Made by a program: the position numbers and the translations under genes
The notes under the pieces: model-generated
Seen by the model: only the letters and a program-made list of their open reading frames with translations
The model's database searches: none
What the model was told of the DNA's origin: nothing
In this document: positions 1 to 9,980 of the stretch, piece by piece
Layout: each line of letters opens with the position of its first letter
Position numbering within the stretch: the first letter of the stretch is position 1
Origin: an uncultured Gemmatimonadales bacterium
GTDB taxonomy: Bacteria; Gemmatimonadota; Gemmatimonadetes; Gemmatimonadales; GWC2-71-9
Assembly: GCA_963795085.1 (NCBI GenBank)
Contig: CAWCFX010000001.1
Location: forward strand, 1,184,001 to 1,248,000
Reading direction: 5' to 3'
Length of the DNA stretch: 64,000 nt

Positions 1-2
1 GC

Positions 3-1190
3 GCCCCGGTCATCGGGCTCAACGACTCGGGCGGCGCCCGCATCCAGGAAGGCGTCGAATCCCTGGGCGGCTACGCCGACATTTTTCTCCGGAACACCCT
101 GGCCTCCGGCGTGATCCCCCAGATCTCGGCCATCCTCGGGCCCTGCGCCGGCGGGGCGGTGTACAGCCCGGCCATCACCGACTTCATCTTCATGGTCCGC
201 GGGGTAAGCTTCATGTTCGTCACCGGGCCCAACGTGGTGAAGACGGTCACCCACGAAGAGGTGACTTTCGACCAGCTGGGTGGCGCCGACACCCACGCCT
301 CCACTTCCGGCGTGGCCCACTTCGCCCACGACTCCGAGCCGCAGGCCATCGCCGCCATCCGGGAACTGCTGTCGTTCATCCCCGGCAATAACCTGGACGA
401 TCCCCCGGTGCGGCCCACCGACGACCCCGTGGACCGGCGCGACGAGTCGCTCCTCGACGTGATCCCCGACGCGGCGGCCCGGCCCTACGACATGCACGAT
501 GTCATCCGGCCGGTGGTGGATGACGGGGTCTTCCTGGAAGTGCACCGGGACTATGCCGGCAACATCCTCACCGGGTTTGCCCGGCTGGGTGGCCGTCCGG
601 TGGGCATCGTGGCCAACCAGCCCGCCGTGCTCGCCGGGGTGCTGGACATCAATGCCTCGCTCAAGGCGGCGCGGTTCATCCGGTTTTGCGACGCCTTCAA
701 CATTCCCCTCCTGACCCTGGTGGACGTGCCGGGGTTCCTCCCCGGGGTGGCCCAGGAACACGGCGGCATCATCAAGCATGGGGCCAAGCTGCTCTATGCC
801 TATTGCGAAGCGACGGTGCCCAAGCTGACCGTGATCACCCGCAAGGCATATGGCGGGGCCTACGATGTGATGAGCTCCAAGCACATCCGGGGGGACCTGA
901 ACCTGGCGTGGCCCACCGCCGAGATCGCCGTGATGGGTGCCCAGGGGGCGGTGGAGATTCTCTTCAAGAAGGAGATCGAGCAGGCGAAGGACAAGGCGGC
1001 CGCGACCGCGAAACTGATCGCGGAATACACCTCCAAGTTCGCGCACCCCTACCGGGCGGCCGAGCGAGGGTTCGTGGACGACGTGATTGATCCGCGGGAT
1101 ACCCGGTTCCGGCTGATTGACGGGCTGCGGACCCTGGCCACCAAGCGGGACCGGAACCCGGCGAAGAAGCACGGGAACATGCCCCTGTGA
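3..1190 (+). CDS. pccB: Acyl-CoA (propionyl/methylmalonyl-CoA) carboxylase carboxyltransferase beta subunit, 5'-truncated by window edge
   Basis: Frame open from position 3 ([16 protein letters not shown]); motifs [21 protein letters not shown]-terminal KKHGNMPL. Confidence 0.9.
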   Translation, partial: APVIGLNDSGGARIQEGVESLGGYADIFLRNTLASGVIPQISAILGPCAGGAVYSPAITDFIFMVRGVSFMFVTGPNVVKTVTHEEVTFDQLGGADTHASTSGVAHFAHDSEPQAIAAIRELLSFIPGNNLDDPPVRPTDDPVDRRDESLLDVIPDAAARPYDMHDVIRPVVDDGVFLEVHRDYAGNILTGFARLGGRPVGIVANQPAVLAGVLDINASLKAARFIRFCDAFNIPLLTLVDVPGFLPGVAQEHGGIIKHGAKLLYAYCEATVPKLTVITRKAYGGAYDVMSSKHIRGDLNLAWPTAEIAVMGAQGAVEILFKKEIEQAKDKAAATAKLIAEYTSKFAHPYRAAERGFVDDVIDPRDTRFRLIDGLRTLATKRDRNPAKKHGNMPL

Positions 1191-1193
1191 ATC

Positions 1194-1302
1194 GAGGAAT
1201 TGGGAATTGAGGGAATGGTGGAATTGGATGAACGTTCAAAATTCCCTCAATTCCCTCAATTCCCTCAATTCCCTCAATTCCCTCAATTCCCTCAATTCCC
1301 TC
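1194..1302. repeat. 9-mer tandem repeat (AATTCCCTC)x7 with upstream inverted arm
   Basis: Seven perfect copies at 1240-1302; GAGGGAAT-type reverse-complement copies at 1194-1226. Confidence 0.95.
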
Positions 1303-1406
1303 CCCTCCTGTGGCCCCCGACCTCGCTCCCGACGTCCCCCTAGCCATATTGGTCCGTTCTGCCCATGTTATATCTCTATCCCTGACCAGTTTACAGTGGG
1401 TTTTCA

Positions 1407-2395
1407 TGGCCTTTCTCCGCTCGCCAATGGTGTTCCGCTCTCTGCTCGCCGCTGCGCTCCTCGCGCTGCCGGTGGGCGTTGCCATGGGGCAGGGTTCGCT
1501 GGACCCGTCGGTGGCGCCGCGGGCGGTCAACCTGGAGCGCCAGGGGGACCGGAACATCGCCACCCAGCTCCTGGGCCGGTATCTGGCCACCGCGCCGGAC
1601 GACGGTGTCGCCTGGTTCCACCTGGGCCGGTTCTACCTGGCCGACTCCCGGGACTGGCATATCCGCGGCCACACGGGCGACCCCGATGGCGATCTCTACC
1701 TCGATTTCGCGGCGACCGCCTTCGACCAGGCCATCCGGCTGGTGGTGGACTCGGCGGTGGTCTATCGGCTGATGGTCGAAATGGACCGGGCCCGCCTCTA
1801 CGTCGAAGCGTTCGGCTGGGAAGCAGCCCGGGAAGAGCGGCCTCGGGATCCTGCTCTCCGGATGCCGGCCTACATTCTCGAGCTGGGCAGCAACCTGCTG
1901 GCATCCTGCCCGGCCGGCGGGGTCCTGCTCACCGGCAACAATCTCGAAACGGTCTCGGTCTGGTACGCTTCCCTGGAGACCAGCCGCCGCACCGATATCC
2001 TCCCGCTCGAACCCCGGCTCTACACCACCGATTCGCTCTATCGCACCCGCATCGCCCGGGCATTGGGCGTCGATGCCCGGCTCCCGGTGCGTCAGGCGCT
2101 GGGGGCCGTGGCCGACCGTCGCACCATTTGCCTCACCCCGATGGCCGATACCGCCGCGGTGCCGTTTACCGCGTTCACCGCCGTGCGCCTGGTGCGGGTG
2201 AACCACGCCGCCCCGGCACCCACCGCCGACGTGCTCTCGGTGACCGACCTGATCGAAATGGAGCGGCAGGGCGAGACCGCATGGACCGTCGAACTCCGCC
2301 GGATTTACGCCGCCGCCGCCGCCCATAACGCCCTGCTCTGCAGCGGGGTCCTGCAGCGGCTCGGCGACCGGCCGCTGGGGGCGTGCGGGCACTAA
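1407..2395 (+). CDS. Hypothetical secreted protein, helical/TPR-like N-terminus
   Basis: Signal-peptide-like LLAAALLALPVGVAMGQ, GC-rich third positions; start uncertain (1407 or 1427 region, ORF-track stop 2395). Confidence 0.65.
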
Positions 2396-2563
2396 GCGGG
2401 TGGGCGGAATAGCCCGTCAGCCACTGCGGTACTATACCGTCGTGATCCAGCTAGATTCCCTCCTGATGAAAGCAATTATCGGATCGCGGATCCCCATTTC
2501 CCAGCGGTTTCATCCGTCCGGTTCGCCCGCCCCTGTTGCCCGCCCTTTCAGCCCGCCCGGTTC

Positions 2564-4063
2564 ATGAATCGAGTCCTCATCGCCAATCGCGGCGAGATCG
2601 CCCTCCGCATCATCCGCGCCTGCCATGAAGAGGGTCTCGAAGCGGTCGCGGTGTATTCCACGGCCGACCGAAAAAGCCTGCACGTGCAGGCGGCCGATTT
2701 TGCGGTCCCCATCGGGCCACCCGCGCCGGCCGAGAGCTATCTCCGCGCCGACGCGCTGATCGCCGCGGCAAGGCAGACCGGCGCCCAGGCGATTCATCCG
2801 GGGTATGGGTTTCTCTCCGAGCGGGCCAGCTTTGCCGCCGCGGTGGAACAGGCGGGACTCATTTTCGTGGGACCTCCCTCCTCCGCGATCCAGGCCATGG
2901 GAGACAAGACGGAAGCCCGCCGCCGGATGCAGGCGGCCGGCGTGCCCATCGTCCCCGGGACCACGGTGCCGGCGGTGGACGCGGCCTCGCTCGCCGTCGT
3001 CGCCAGGGAGATCGGTTTCCCGGTGGTCATCAAGGCGGCGGCGGGCGGCGGGGGCCGCGGCATGCGGGTGGTGGCCCGCGCCGAGGAACTGGCCCACGCG
3101 CTGGAGGCCGCCTCGTCCGAGGCGCTGAAGGCGTTCGGCGACGGCAGCGTGTACGTCGAGCAATACATCGAGCGGCCCCGCCATGTCGAGATCCAGGTGC
3201 TGGCCGATCATCAACGCACCGTGCACCTGGGCGAGCGGGAATGCTCGGTCCAGCGGCGGCACCAGAAACTGGTCGAAGAGGCCCCCAGCGTCGCGGTGCC
3301 GGCGGAACTGCGGGCCCGCATGGGCGCGGCAGCGGTGGCCGCCGCGAAGGCCGTCGGGTACCGCAGCGCGGGCACCTGCGAGTTCCTGCTGGGCGCCGAT
3401 GGTGGTTTCTATTTCCTCGAGATGAATACCCGGATCCAGGTGGAGCACCCGGTCACCGAGCTGGTCTATGGCGTGGACCTGGTGCGGGAACAACTGCGCA
3501 TCGCCCGGGGGCTGCCGATGTCGCTGCCGGAGTGGGCCCTGGCGCCCCGCGGATGGGCCATCGAGTGCCGGCTTACCAGCGAGGATCCGGCCAACGGGTT
3601 CCTGCCCTCTGCCGGCCGCATCACCTACCTGCGGCCGCCGTCCGGCCACGGGGTGCGGTGGGACGGCGGGATCGCCCCGGGCGACGAGGTCGCGCTTCAC
3701 TACGACTCGCTGCTCGGAAAACTCATCGTCTGGGCCCCCGACCGGGAACAGGCCCGCCACAAGATGATCCGCGCGCTGGATGAGTTGATGCTGGCCGGCG
3801 TCGCCACCAACCTCTCGTTCCACCGCCGGCTGATGGCGGATGCCGAGTTCGGCGCGGGGGCCATCGACACCCAGTTCCTGGAACGGCGGCCCGACCTGAT
3901 GCAGGGCGACATTCCCGAGCACCATGCCGTCATCGCCGCGGCGGCCGCGGCGCTTGCGGAGGAAGAATCCCGGCAGCGCAAGCGTCCCCGGATCGCCGAG
4001 GCCGACGCGGCGTCGGCGCCGGCCCCCTGGCTTCGGGCCGCCCGGCTGGACGGTCTCCGGTGA
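2564..4063 (+). CDS. accC: Biotin carboxylase subunit
   Basis: LIANRGEIA, IHPGYGFLSE, GGGGRGMR, ERECSVQRRHQK, EMNTRIQVEHPVTE. Confidence 0.95.
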   Translation: MNRVLIANRGEIALRIIRACHEEGLEAVAVYSTADRKSLHVQAADFAVPIGPPAPAESYLRADALIAAARQTGAQAIHPGYGFLSERASFAAAVEQAGLIFVGPPSSAIQAMGDKTEARRRMQAAGVPIVPGTTVPAVDAASLAVVAREIGFPVVIKAAAGGGGRGMRVVARAEELAHALEAASSEALKAFGDGSVYVEQYIERPRHVEIQVLADHQRTVHLGERECSVQRRHQKLVEEAPSVAVPAELRARMGAAAVAAAKAVGYRSAGTCEFLLGADGGFYFLEMNTRIQVEHPVTELVYGVDLVREQLRIARGLPMSLPEWALAPRGWAIECRLTSEDPANGFLPSAGRITYLRPPSGHGVRWDGGIAPGDEVALHYDSLLGKLIVWAPDREQARHKMIRALDELMLAGVATNLSFHRRLMADAEFGAGAIDTQFLERRPDLMQGDIPEHHAVIAAAAAALAEEESRQRKRPRIAEADAASAPAPWLRAARLDGLR

Positions 4064-5316
4064 TGGTGCGAATCCTCAGCATTGCCGCCGGCGGAGACGG
4101 CGTCGGCAAGCTGGAGGATGGACGTACCGTCTTCGTCCCCCGGACCGCTCCCGGCGACCTGGTGGAACTCGCCCAGCTGCGGCCAGCCCGGCGGTTCGCC
4201 CGGGCCCGGGTGGCGAGGGTCGTCGAGCCCGGCCCCAACCGGGTAGCACCGCCCTGTCCCCACTATACCCGGGACGAGTGTGGTGGGTGCCAGTTGCAGC
4301 ACCTGAACGCCGCGGCCCAGCTCTCCGCCAAACAGTCGGTGGTCGGCGAAACGCTGCGCCGGGTGGGCAAAGTGGATGTCCGGGATCCGACGGTCATTCC
4401 CGCCGGGAAAATGTGGGAATACCGCACCAAGATCACGCTGGCGCGAGACCGCCGGGGCCGCATCGGGCTGCATCCCCTCGACCGGCCCGACCGGACCTTT
4501 GAACTGGAACACTGCCTCATCACCGAGCCCGCGCTGATGGCGGCCTGGACCGTGGTACATCGCCACCGGGCCCTGCTTCCAGCGGACCTGGCCCACCTGG
4601 TATTCCGGCTGGACCGGGCCGGGGGCCGCCATGTCATCCTTCAGACCGTCGGCACCCAGGTCTGGCAGCAGGGCCCCCAGCTGTACCGGGCCCTGGCGGC
4701 CGCTTCGCTCCTGTCCATCATCTGGTACCAGCCGGGGAGCGGGGTTCCCCGGGTGGTGGCGGGTTCGGACGATGCCTATCCCGCCACGGTCTTCGAGCAG
4801 GTGAACCCCGAAATGGGAGACATCGCCCGGAACTTTGCGCTCGAACAACTGGGAACGGTGGCCGGCTGCCATGTCTGGGATCTCTTCGCCGGCGTGGGTG
4901 AGACGTCCGCGGCCCTGCTCGCGGCGGGCGCGACGGTCGAAAGCGTGGAGGCCGATCATCGCGCGGTTCGCCTGGCGGCCGAACGGTCGCGCGGCGTCCT
5001 GGGCCTTCCGGCCGGTGCCCGGCTGCCCGCCGGCGTCGCGCTGCACGCCGGGCTGGTCGAAGACATCCTGCACCGGCTCAAGGACCCGGACCTGATCGTG
5101 GCCAATCCGCCCCGGGGCGGCATCGAACCCGCCGCGATCCGGCAGATTCTTTCCCGGGCGGCCCGCCGGTTCGTGTACATCTCCTGTGACCCGGCCACCC
5201 TGGCGCGGGATCTGGCCCGGCTGGCGCCCCGCTATCGCCCCAGGGCGGTGCAGGCCTTTGATCTCTTTCCCCAGACGGCGCACGTCGAGAGCGTCGCCGT
5301 CCTCGAGGCGGCGTGA
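4063..5316 (+). CDS. rlmD: RlmD/TrmA-family RNA m5U methyltransferase (TRAM domain, 4Fe-4S cysteines)
   Basis: CPHY...CGGC, FEQVN, DLFAGVG, NPPRGG, YISCDPATLARD, DLFPQTAHVE. Confidence 0.85.
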   Translation: MVRILSIAAGGDGVGKLEDGRTVFVPRTAPGDLVELAQLRPARRFARARVARVVEPGPNRVAPPCPHYTRDECGGCQLQHLNAAAQLSAKQSVVGETLRRVGKVDVRDPTVIPAGKMWEYRTKITLARDRRGRIGLHPLDRPDRTFELEHCLITEPALMAAWTVVHRHRALLPADLAHLVFRLDRAGGRHVILQTVGTQVWQQGPQLYRALAAASLLSIIWYQPGSGVPRVVAGSDDAYPATVFEQVNPEMGDIARNFALEQLGTVAGCHVWDLFAGVGETSAALLAAGATVESVEADHRAVRLAAERSRGVLGLPAGARLPAGVALHAGLVEDILHRLKDPDLIVANPPRGGIEPAAIRQILSRAARRFVYISCDPATLARDLARLAPRYRPRAVQAFDLFPQTAHVESVAVLEAA

Positions 5317-5816
5317 AATATTTCGTGACTGTGGGCGGGCGGGAATACCAGGTCACCGTGGAGGGCGACACGGTCACCGTGGACGGGCAGCGGCATGTCG
5401 CGCACCTGAGCGCCATTGCCGGGACTCCGCTCCGCCACCTGCTGCTCGGCGACCGGTCCTTCACGCTGCTCTTCGATGCCCCGGGACCCGGCCGCTGGAC
5501 CATGGGCTTTCAGGGCGAGGCCTGGGAAACCGAAGTGGTGGACGAGCGGACTCGGCATATCCGGAGCCTGACCGGCGCGGGGGGAGAAAAGGCCACCGGG
5601 GGACAGCTCAAGGCCCCCATGCCGGGGCTGGTGGTCCGGGTTGACGTGGCCCCGGGACAGGAGGTTCCCGCCGGCGCCAGCCTGGTGGTACTCGAGGCCA
5701 TGAAGATGCAGAACGAGCTGCGGGCGCCGGCCGCGGCGGCGGTGGCCCGGGTTCTGGTCCAGCCTGGGCAGGCGGTAGAAAAGGGGCAAATCCTTATAGA
5801 ATTTGACGTTAGATGA
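5313..5816 (+). CDS. Biotin carboxyl carrier protein with N-terminal extension
   Basis: APMPGLV and EAMKMQNE biotinylation motif. Confidence 0.92.
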   Translation: MKYFVTVGGREYQVTVEGDTVTVDGQRHVAHLSAIAGTPLRHLLLGDRSFTLLFDAPGPGRWTMGFQGEAWETEVVDERTRHIRSLTGAGGEKATGGQLKAPMPGLVVRVDVAPGQEVPAGASLVVLEAMKMQNELRAPAAAAVARVLVQPGQAVEKGQILIEFDVR

Positions 5817-5948
5817 TACGGACTGGCGGTGAGGAGCCGGCAGGGAGGAGGACCCAACCCGGACACTCGCGGGGTGGCCACTATTTGGAGGGTGCCCCGG
5901 TCGTTGCCTGCGTGCGTCTCAGGGCCTGCGGCTTACTCTGGTCCGGGC

Positions 5949-5978
5949 TTGACCGTCGGTCGGCTGGCTGGGTATCTT
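5949..5978 (+). promoter_or_regulatory. Sigma70-type promoter of rplM operon
   Basis: TTGACC-N18-TATCTT about 50 nt upstream of rplM. Confidence 0.6.
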
Positions 5979-6027
5979 GTGAGTCTGTGCCGATTTACAG
6001 CACCGTAATCCAGATTAACAGGGACCC

Positions 6028-6465
6028 ATGAAGACGTTCAGCGCCACCGCAAGCGACCTCCAACACGACTGGCACGTCGTGGACGCCACCGGCGTCCCGC
6101 TGGGCCGCCTCGCGACGCATGTTGCGCAGCTGATTCGCGGCAAGCACAAGCCCACGTTCACGCCGCACATGGACGGCGGCGACTTCGTGGTGGTCATCAA
6201 TGCCTCCAAGATCCGGCTGACGGGCAAGAAACTGGCTCAGAAGCAGTACTTCTCGCATAGCGGGTACATGGGACACGAGCGCTTCACCCCGGCGAAGGAG
6301 ATGATGGACAAGCATCCCGACCGGGTGATTCGCAAGGCCGTCTTCGGTATGCTGCCGAAGAACTCCCTGTCCAAGCAGCATCTGCGGGGCAAACTCAAGG
6401 TGTACGCCGGCGCCGAACATCCCCATGCCGCGCAGCAGCCGGAGACTTCCAAGGTGAACGCATGA
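6028..6465 (+). CDS. rplM: 50S ribosomal protein L13
   Basis: WHVVDA..LGRLA, GKHKPTFTPHMDGGDFVVVINA, GMLPKN. Confidence 0.98.
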   Translation: MKTFSATASDLQHDWHVVDATGVPLGRLATHVAQLIRGKHKPTFTPHMDGGDFVVVINASKIRLTGKKLAQKQYFSHSGYMGHERFTPAKEMMDKHPDRVIRKAVFGMLPKNSLSKQHLRGKLKVYAGAEHPHAAQQPETSKVNA

Positions 6466-6860
6466 ATACCGACCAGTTCCGCTGGCAGGCGATCGGCCGC
6501 CGCAAGACGAGCGTGGCCCGGGTGTACCTGACCCCCGGCACCGGCAAGTGGGATGTGAATGGCCGTACCCTGGGTGATTATTTCCCGCGGCCCTCGCTGG
6601 TCCAGCACATCCAGCAGTCCTTCACCGCGACCGACACGCTGGGCGCCTTTGACGTCAAGGCGCACGTGGACGGCGGCGGGATGACGGGCCAGGCCGGCGC
6701 GCTCCGGCTGGGTATTGCCCGGGCCCTGGTAGAGGCCGATGGCACCCACCGCACCAAGCTCCGGGCCGGCGGGTTGCTGACCCGCGATCCCCGCGCGGTA
6801 GAGCGGAAGAAGGCCGGCCGTCCCGGTGCCCGGAAGCGGTTCCAGTTCAGCAAGCGGTAG
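6462..6860 (+). CDS. rpsI: 30S ribosomal protein S9
   Basis: GRRKTSVARV, GQAGALRLGIARAL, ARKRFQFSKR. Confidence 0.98.
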   Translation: MNTDQFRWQAIGRRKTSVARVYLTPGTGKWDVNGRTLGDYFPRPSLVQHIQQSFTATDTLGAFDVKAHVDGGGMTGQAGALRLGIARALVEADGTHRTKLRAGGLLTRDPRAVERKKAGRPGARKRFQFSKR

Positions 6861-6924
6861 CCCTCGGCTCTCAGGAACTCGGTCTCGAAGACTGAGTCCG
6901 GTACGGTTCGTGGCACTTTTATCT

Positions 6925-7006
6925 CGCACACCGCTCGGATCTTCCTCCGGGTGCCCCGTTTCGGCGGGGTTGGAGGAAGAGTTGAAGACGGTGGACGATC
7001 AACCCC
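6925..7006 (+). promoter_or_regulatory. rpsB leader (S2 autoregulatory, t44-like structured RNA)
   Basis: CACAC...TCTTCCTCC/GGAGGAAGA stem with unpaired GGGTG, apical CCCCG/CGGGG hairpin, downstream AACCCC able to pair with GGGT; directly upstream of rpsB. Confidence 0.7.
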
Positions 7007-7032
7007 ATTGAGACAGGATACGACGATCACGC

Positions 7033-7935
7033 ATGGCTCAGCCTGAACTGCAGGACCTGCTTGAAGCGGGCGTTCATTTCGGCCACCAGACCCGGCGGTG
7101 GAATCCCAAGATGCGGCGGTTCATTTTCGCCGAGCGCTCGGGGATTTACATCATCGACCTCCAGAAGACCCTCCGTCAGATTCACAAGGCCCAGGAACTC
7201 CTCAAGGGCGTCATGCTCCGGGGCGACGGGGTGTTGTTCGTCTGCACCAAGAAGCAGCTGAAGGCGGTGGTCGAAGCCGAGGCACGCGAGGCGGGCGCGT
7301 TCTACGTGACCGAGCGGTGGCTGGGCGGGATGCTGACCAACTTCCAGACCATCAAGAAGCAGATCCGCCGGTTCCGCGAGCTGGAGCAGGGCAGCGCGGA
7401 GGGCGAGTTCGAGAACTACACCAAGAAGGAAAAGCTGCTGTTCGAACGGGAGCGGGAAAAGCTGGCCCGTAACCTCGAGGGCATCAAGACCATGGGCCGG
7501 CTGCCCGGCGCGCTCTTCGTGGTGGATGCCAAGAAAGAGAAGATCGCGGTCGCCGAGGCCAACAAGCTGGGGATCCCGGTGGTGGCCATCGTGGACACCA
7601 ACGCCGACCCGGACGTCATTACGGTGCCGATTCCCGGCAACGACGACGCCATCCGGGCGGTGTCGCTGATTACCGGCGCGCTCTGCGATACCATCCGCGA
7701 GGCCCGCGCCCAGGTTCCGCAGCGCGAAGTCACCGACGACGCGGACGCGGAGACCTACAGCAGCGACGCCGGCACCGAGGGCGATCCCGATGCCGACCGC
7801 CGCAAGCGGCGGCCCCGGCGGAAGCGGCGGCCCAAGCCGGAGGCGATCGCGGCCCTGCGCAAGAACGAGGGCGACAGCGAGGCCGGGAGCGGTGAGGCGG
7901 CGGCGGCGCCTTCCCCGAGCGGGGCCGAAGGGTAA
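7033..7935 (+). CDS. rpsB: 30S ribosomal protein S2 with C-terminal extension
   Basis: LLEAGVHFGHQTRRWNPKM, RWLGGMLTNF, DTNADPD..IPGNDDAIRA. Confidence 0.98.
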   Translation: MAQPELQDLLEAGVHFGHQTRRWNPKMRRFIFAERSGIYIIDLQKTLRQIHKAQELLKGVMLRGDGVLFVCTKKQLKAVVEAEAREAGAFYVTERWLGGMLTNFQTIKKQIRRFRELEQGSAEGEFENYTKKEKLLFEREREKLARNLEGIKTMGRLPGALFVVDAKKEKIAVAEANKLGIPVVAIVDTNADPDVITVPIPGNDDAIRAVSLITGALCDTIREARAQVPQREVTDDADAETYSSDAGTEGDPDADRRKRRPRRKRRPKPEAIAALRKNEGDSEAGSGEAAAAPSPSGAEG

Positions 7936-7956
7936 GGCAGGCTCCGCCCGTCTGGT

Positions 7957-7993
7957 ACCGCCGCTCGGTGGCTCCCCAGCCATGGGCGGCGGT
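7957..7993 (+). terminator. Stem-loop between rpsB and tsf (attenuator/terminator-like)
   Basis: ACCGCCGCTC...GGGCGGCGGT inverted repeat; weak U tail. Confidence 0.45.
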
Positions 7994-8021
7994 CTTAATA
8001 TCCACACTTGAGGATCGAACG

Positions 8022-8627
8022 ATGTCGAGCATGACAATTTCCCCGAAAGATGTCGCCGAGCTGCGCCGCCGGACTGGCGCCGGCATGATGGATTGCAAGA
8101 AGGCGCTGGAAGAAGCCGGCGGCGACATGGACAAGGCGGTGGAACTGCTCCGCAAGAAAGGCATCGCCAAGGCCGAGAAGCGGGCCGGCCGGGAAGCGGC
8201 GCAGGGCCTGGTGATGAGCTACATCCATCACAACGCCCAGGCCGGCGTCCTGCTGGAACTCAACTGCGAGACCGACTTCGTGGCGCGGACCGACGCGTTC
8301 AAGGAGCTGGGCCGGGAGATCGCCATCCACATCGCTTTTGCCGACCCGCTCGCCGTCTCGCCCGAGCAGATCCCGGCCGACCTGGTGGACCGGGAACGGC
8401 GGATCGCCGAGGAGCAGGTGGCCGAAGAGGGCAAGCCCGAGGCGGTGCGCGCCAAGATCGTCGAGGGCAAGGTCCGGAAGTTCGTGGCCGAGCGCGCGCT
8501 GCTGGAGCAGCCCTACGTCAAGGACGAGTCCAGGACCATCGGGCAGCTGGTGAAGGAAGCCTCCGGCACCATCGGCGAGGCCATCACCGTGCGCCGCTTC
8601 GCCCGGTTCAAGATCGGGGAAGCCTGA
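8022..8627 (+). CDS. tsf: Elongation factor Ts (short ~200 aa form)
   Basis: [26 protein letters not shown]. Confidence 0.97.
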   Translation: MSSMTISPKDVAELRRRTGAGMMDCKKALEEAGGDMDKAVELLRKKGIAKAEKRAGREAAQGLVMSYIHHNAQAGVLLELNCETDFVARTDAFKELGREIAIHIAFADPLAVSPEQIPADLVDRERRIAEEQVAEEGKPEAVRAKIVEGKVRKFVAERALLEQPYVKDESRTIGQLVKEASGTIGEAITVRRFARFKIGEA

Positions 8628-9337
8628 TGCCGCCGGCCTACTCGAGTGCGCTGCTCAAGCTCTCGGGCGAGGCACTGGCCGGCGAGAAAGGCTTCGGCCT
8701 CGATTACAAGGTCATCGAGTCGCTGGCCGACGAAGTCAAGCAGGTGCACGCCGCCGGCGTGCGCCTGAGCCTGGTGGTCGGGGGCGGGAACATCATGCGG
8801 GGCGGCGCCGCCAGCCGCGAAGGGGTGGACCGGGTGTCCGCCGACAACATGGGAATGCTCGCCACCGTGATCAACGCGCTGGCGGTGCAGGACATCCTGG
8901 AGCGCAAAGGGGTGGAGACCCGGGTCATGAGCGCGATCCGGATGGAGTCGCTGGCCGAGCCCTACATCCGGCGGCGGGCCATCCGCCACCTGGAGAAGGG
9001 CCGCCTGGTGATCTTTGCCGCCGGTACCGGCAACCCCTATTTCAGTACCGACACCGCCGCGGTGCTCCGGGCGCTGGAAATCGAGGCCCAGGTAATCCTC
9101 AAGGGCACCAACGTGGACGGCGTGTACACCGCCGACCCGCGCCAGGATCCCCAGGCCCGCTTCATCCCGGAGCTGTCGTTCCAGGAGGCGTTGGTCAACC
9201 GCTACGCGGTGATGGACGCCAACGCCTTCGGTCTCTGCATGGGCCACAACCTCCCGATCATCGTTTTCAACATCAACACACCCGGCGCCGTGCACCGAGT
9301 GCTCCAGGGCGAGCGGGTGGGGACGATCGTGCGATGA
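8627..9337 (+). CDS. pyrH: UMP kinase
   Basis: [30 protein letters not shown] overlaps tsf TGA. Confidence 0.97.
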   Translation: MPPAYSSALLKLSGEALAGEKGFGLDYKVIESLADEVKQVHAAGVRLSLVVGGGNIMRGGAASREGVDRVSADNMGMLATVINALAVQDILERKGVETRVMSAIRMESLAEPYIRRRAIRHLEKGRLVIFAAGTGNPYFSTDTAAVLRALEIEAQVILKGTNVDGVYTADPRQDPQARFIPELSFQEALVNRYAVMDANAFGLCMGHNLPIIVFNINTPGAVHRVLQGERVGTIVR

Positions 9338-9888
9338 ACACCATACCCGAACTGACCCGCCACGCCCGCGAATCCATGGCCAAGGCCGTGGACAACACCA
9401 AGCGCGAGTTGACCCATATCCGGAGCGGCAAGGCCAGCACCGCCCTGCTCGACCTGGTACGGGTCGAGGCCTATGGCAGCGAGGTGCCGCTGAACCAGGT
9501 CGGGATGGTGGCTGCTCCCGAGGCGCGGCTCCTCACGGTACAGCCCTTCGACAAGTCGCTGGCCCCGGCCATCGAAAAGGCCATCCGCGACGCCGACCTG
9601 GGTCTCAACCCGGCCAGCCAGGGCGGGGTCATCCGGGTGCCCATTCCCCAGCTGACCGAAGAACGGCGGAAAGAGCTGGTGAAACTGGTCCACAAGCTGG
9701 CCGAAGAGGGCCGCATCGCGGTACGCCATGCCCGGACCGACGTGCTCCATAAGATGAAAAAGATCGAGAAGATCGCCGAGGACGAAAAGACCCGGGGCGA
9801 GAAGGAAGTCCAGAAACTGACCGACGAGCACATCAAGCAGATCGATGCCCTGATCCAGACCAAGGAAACGGAGATCATGGCCATCTGA
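9334..9888 (+). CDS. frr: Ribosome recycling factor
   Basis: [26 protein letters not shown]. Confidence 0.97.
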   Translation: MNTIPELTRHARESMAKAVDNTKRELTHIRSGKASTALLDLVRVEAYGSEVPLNQVGMVAAPEARLLTVQPFDKSLAPAIEKAIRDADLGLNPASQGGVIRVPIPQLTEERRKELVKLVHKLAEEGRIAVRHARTDVLHKMKKIEKIAEDEKTRGEKEVQKLTDEHIKQIDALIQTKETEIMAI

Positions 9889-9975
9889 AGTGCTGAGAAA
9901 CGAGTACTGAGTACTGGGCACAGCCGGTTTTCCGCACTCAGCACCCAGCACTCAGCACTCAGCACTCAGCACTCG
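9889..9975. repeat. 7-mer tandem repeat (GCACTCA)x6 with inverted AGTGCTGAG/AGTACTGAG arm
   Basis: Fills the frr-uppS intergenic space. Confidence 0.9.
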
Positions 9976-9980
9976 ACACT

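Noticed and set aside
964..2328. ORFs encoding NSL/GIE peptide repeats
   Set aside because: Artefacts of reading through the intergenic 9-mer repeat; the same applies to 37478-38539
5820..5940. Possible structured ncRNA upstream of the rplM promoter
   Set aside because: Only patchy complementarity, as expected by chance at this GC content; no known motif recognised
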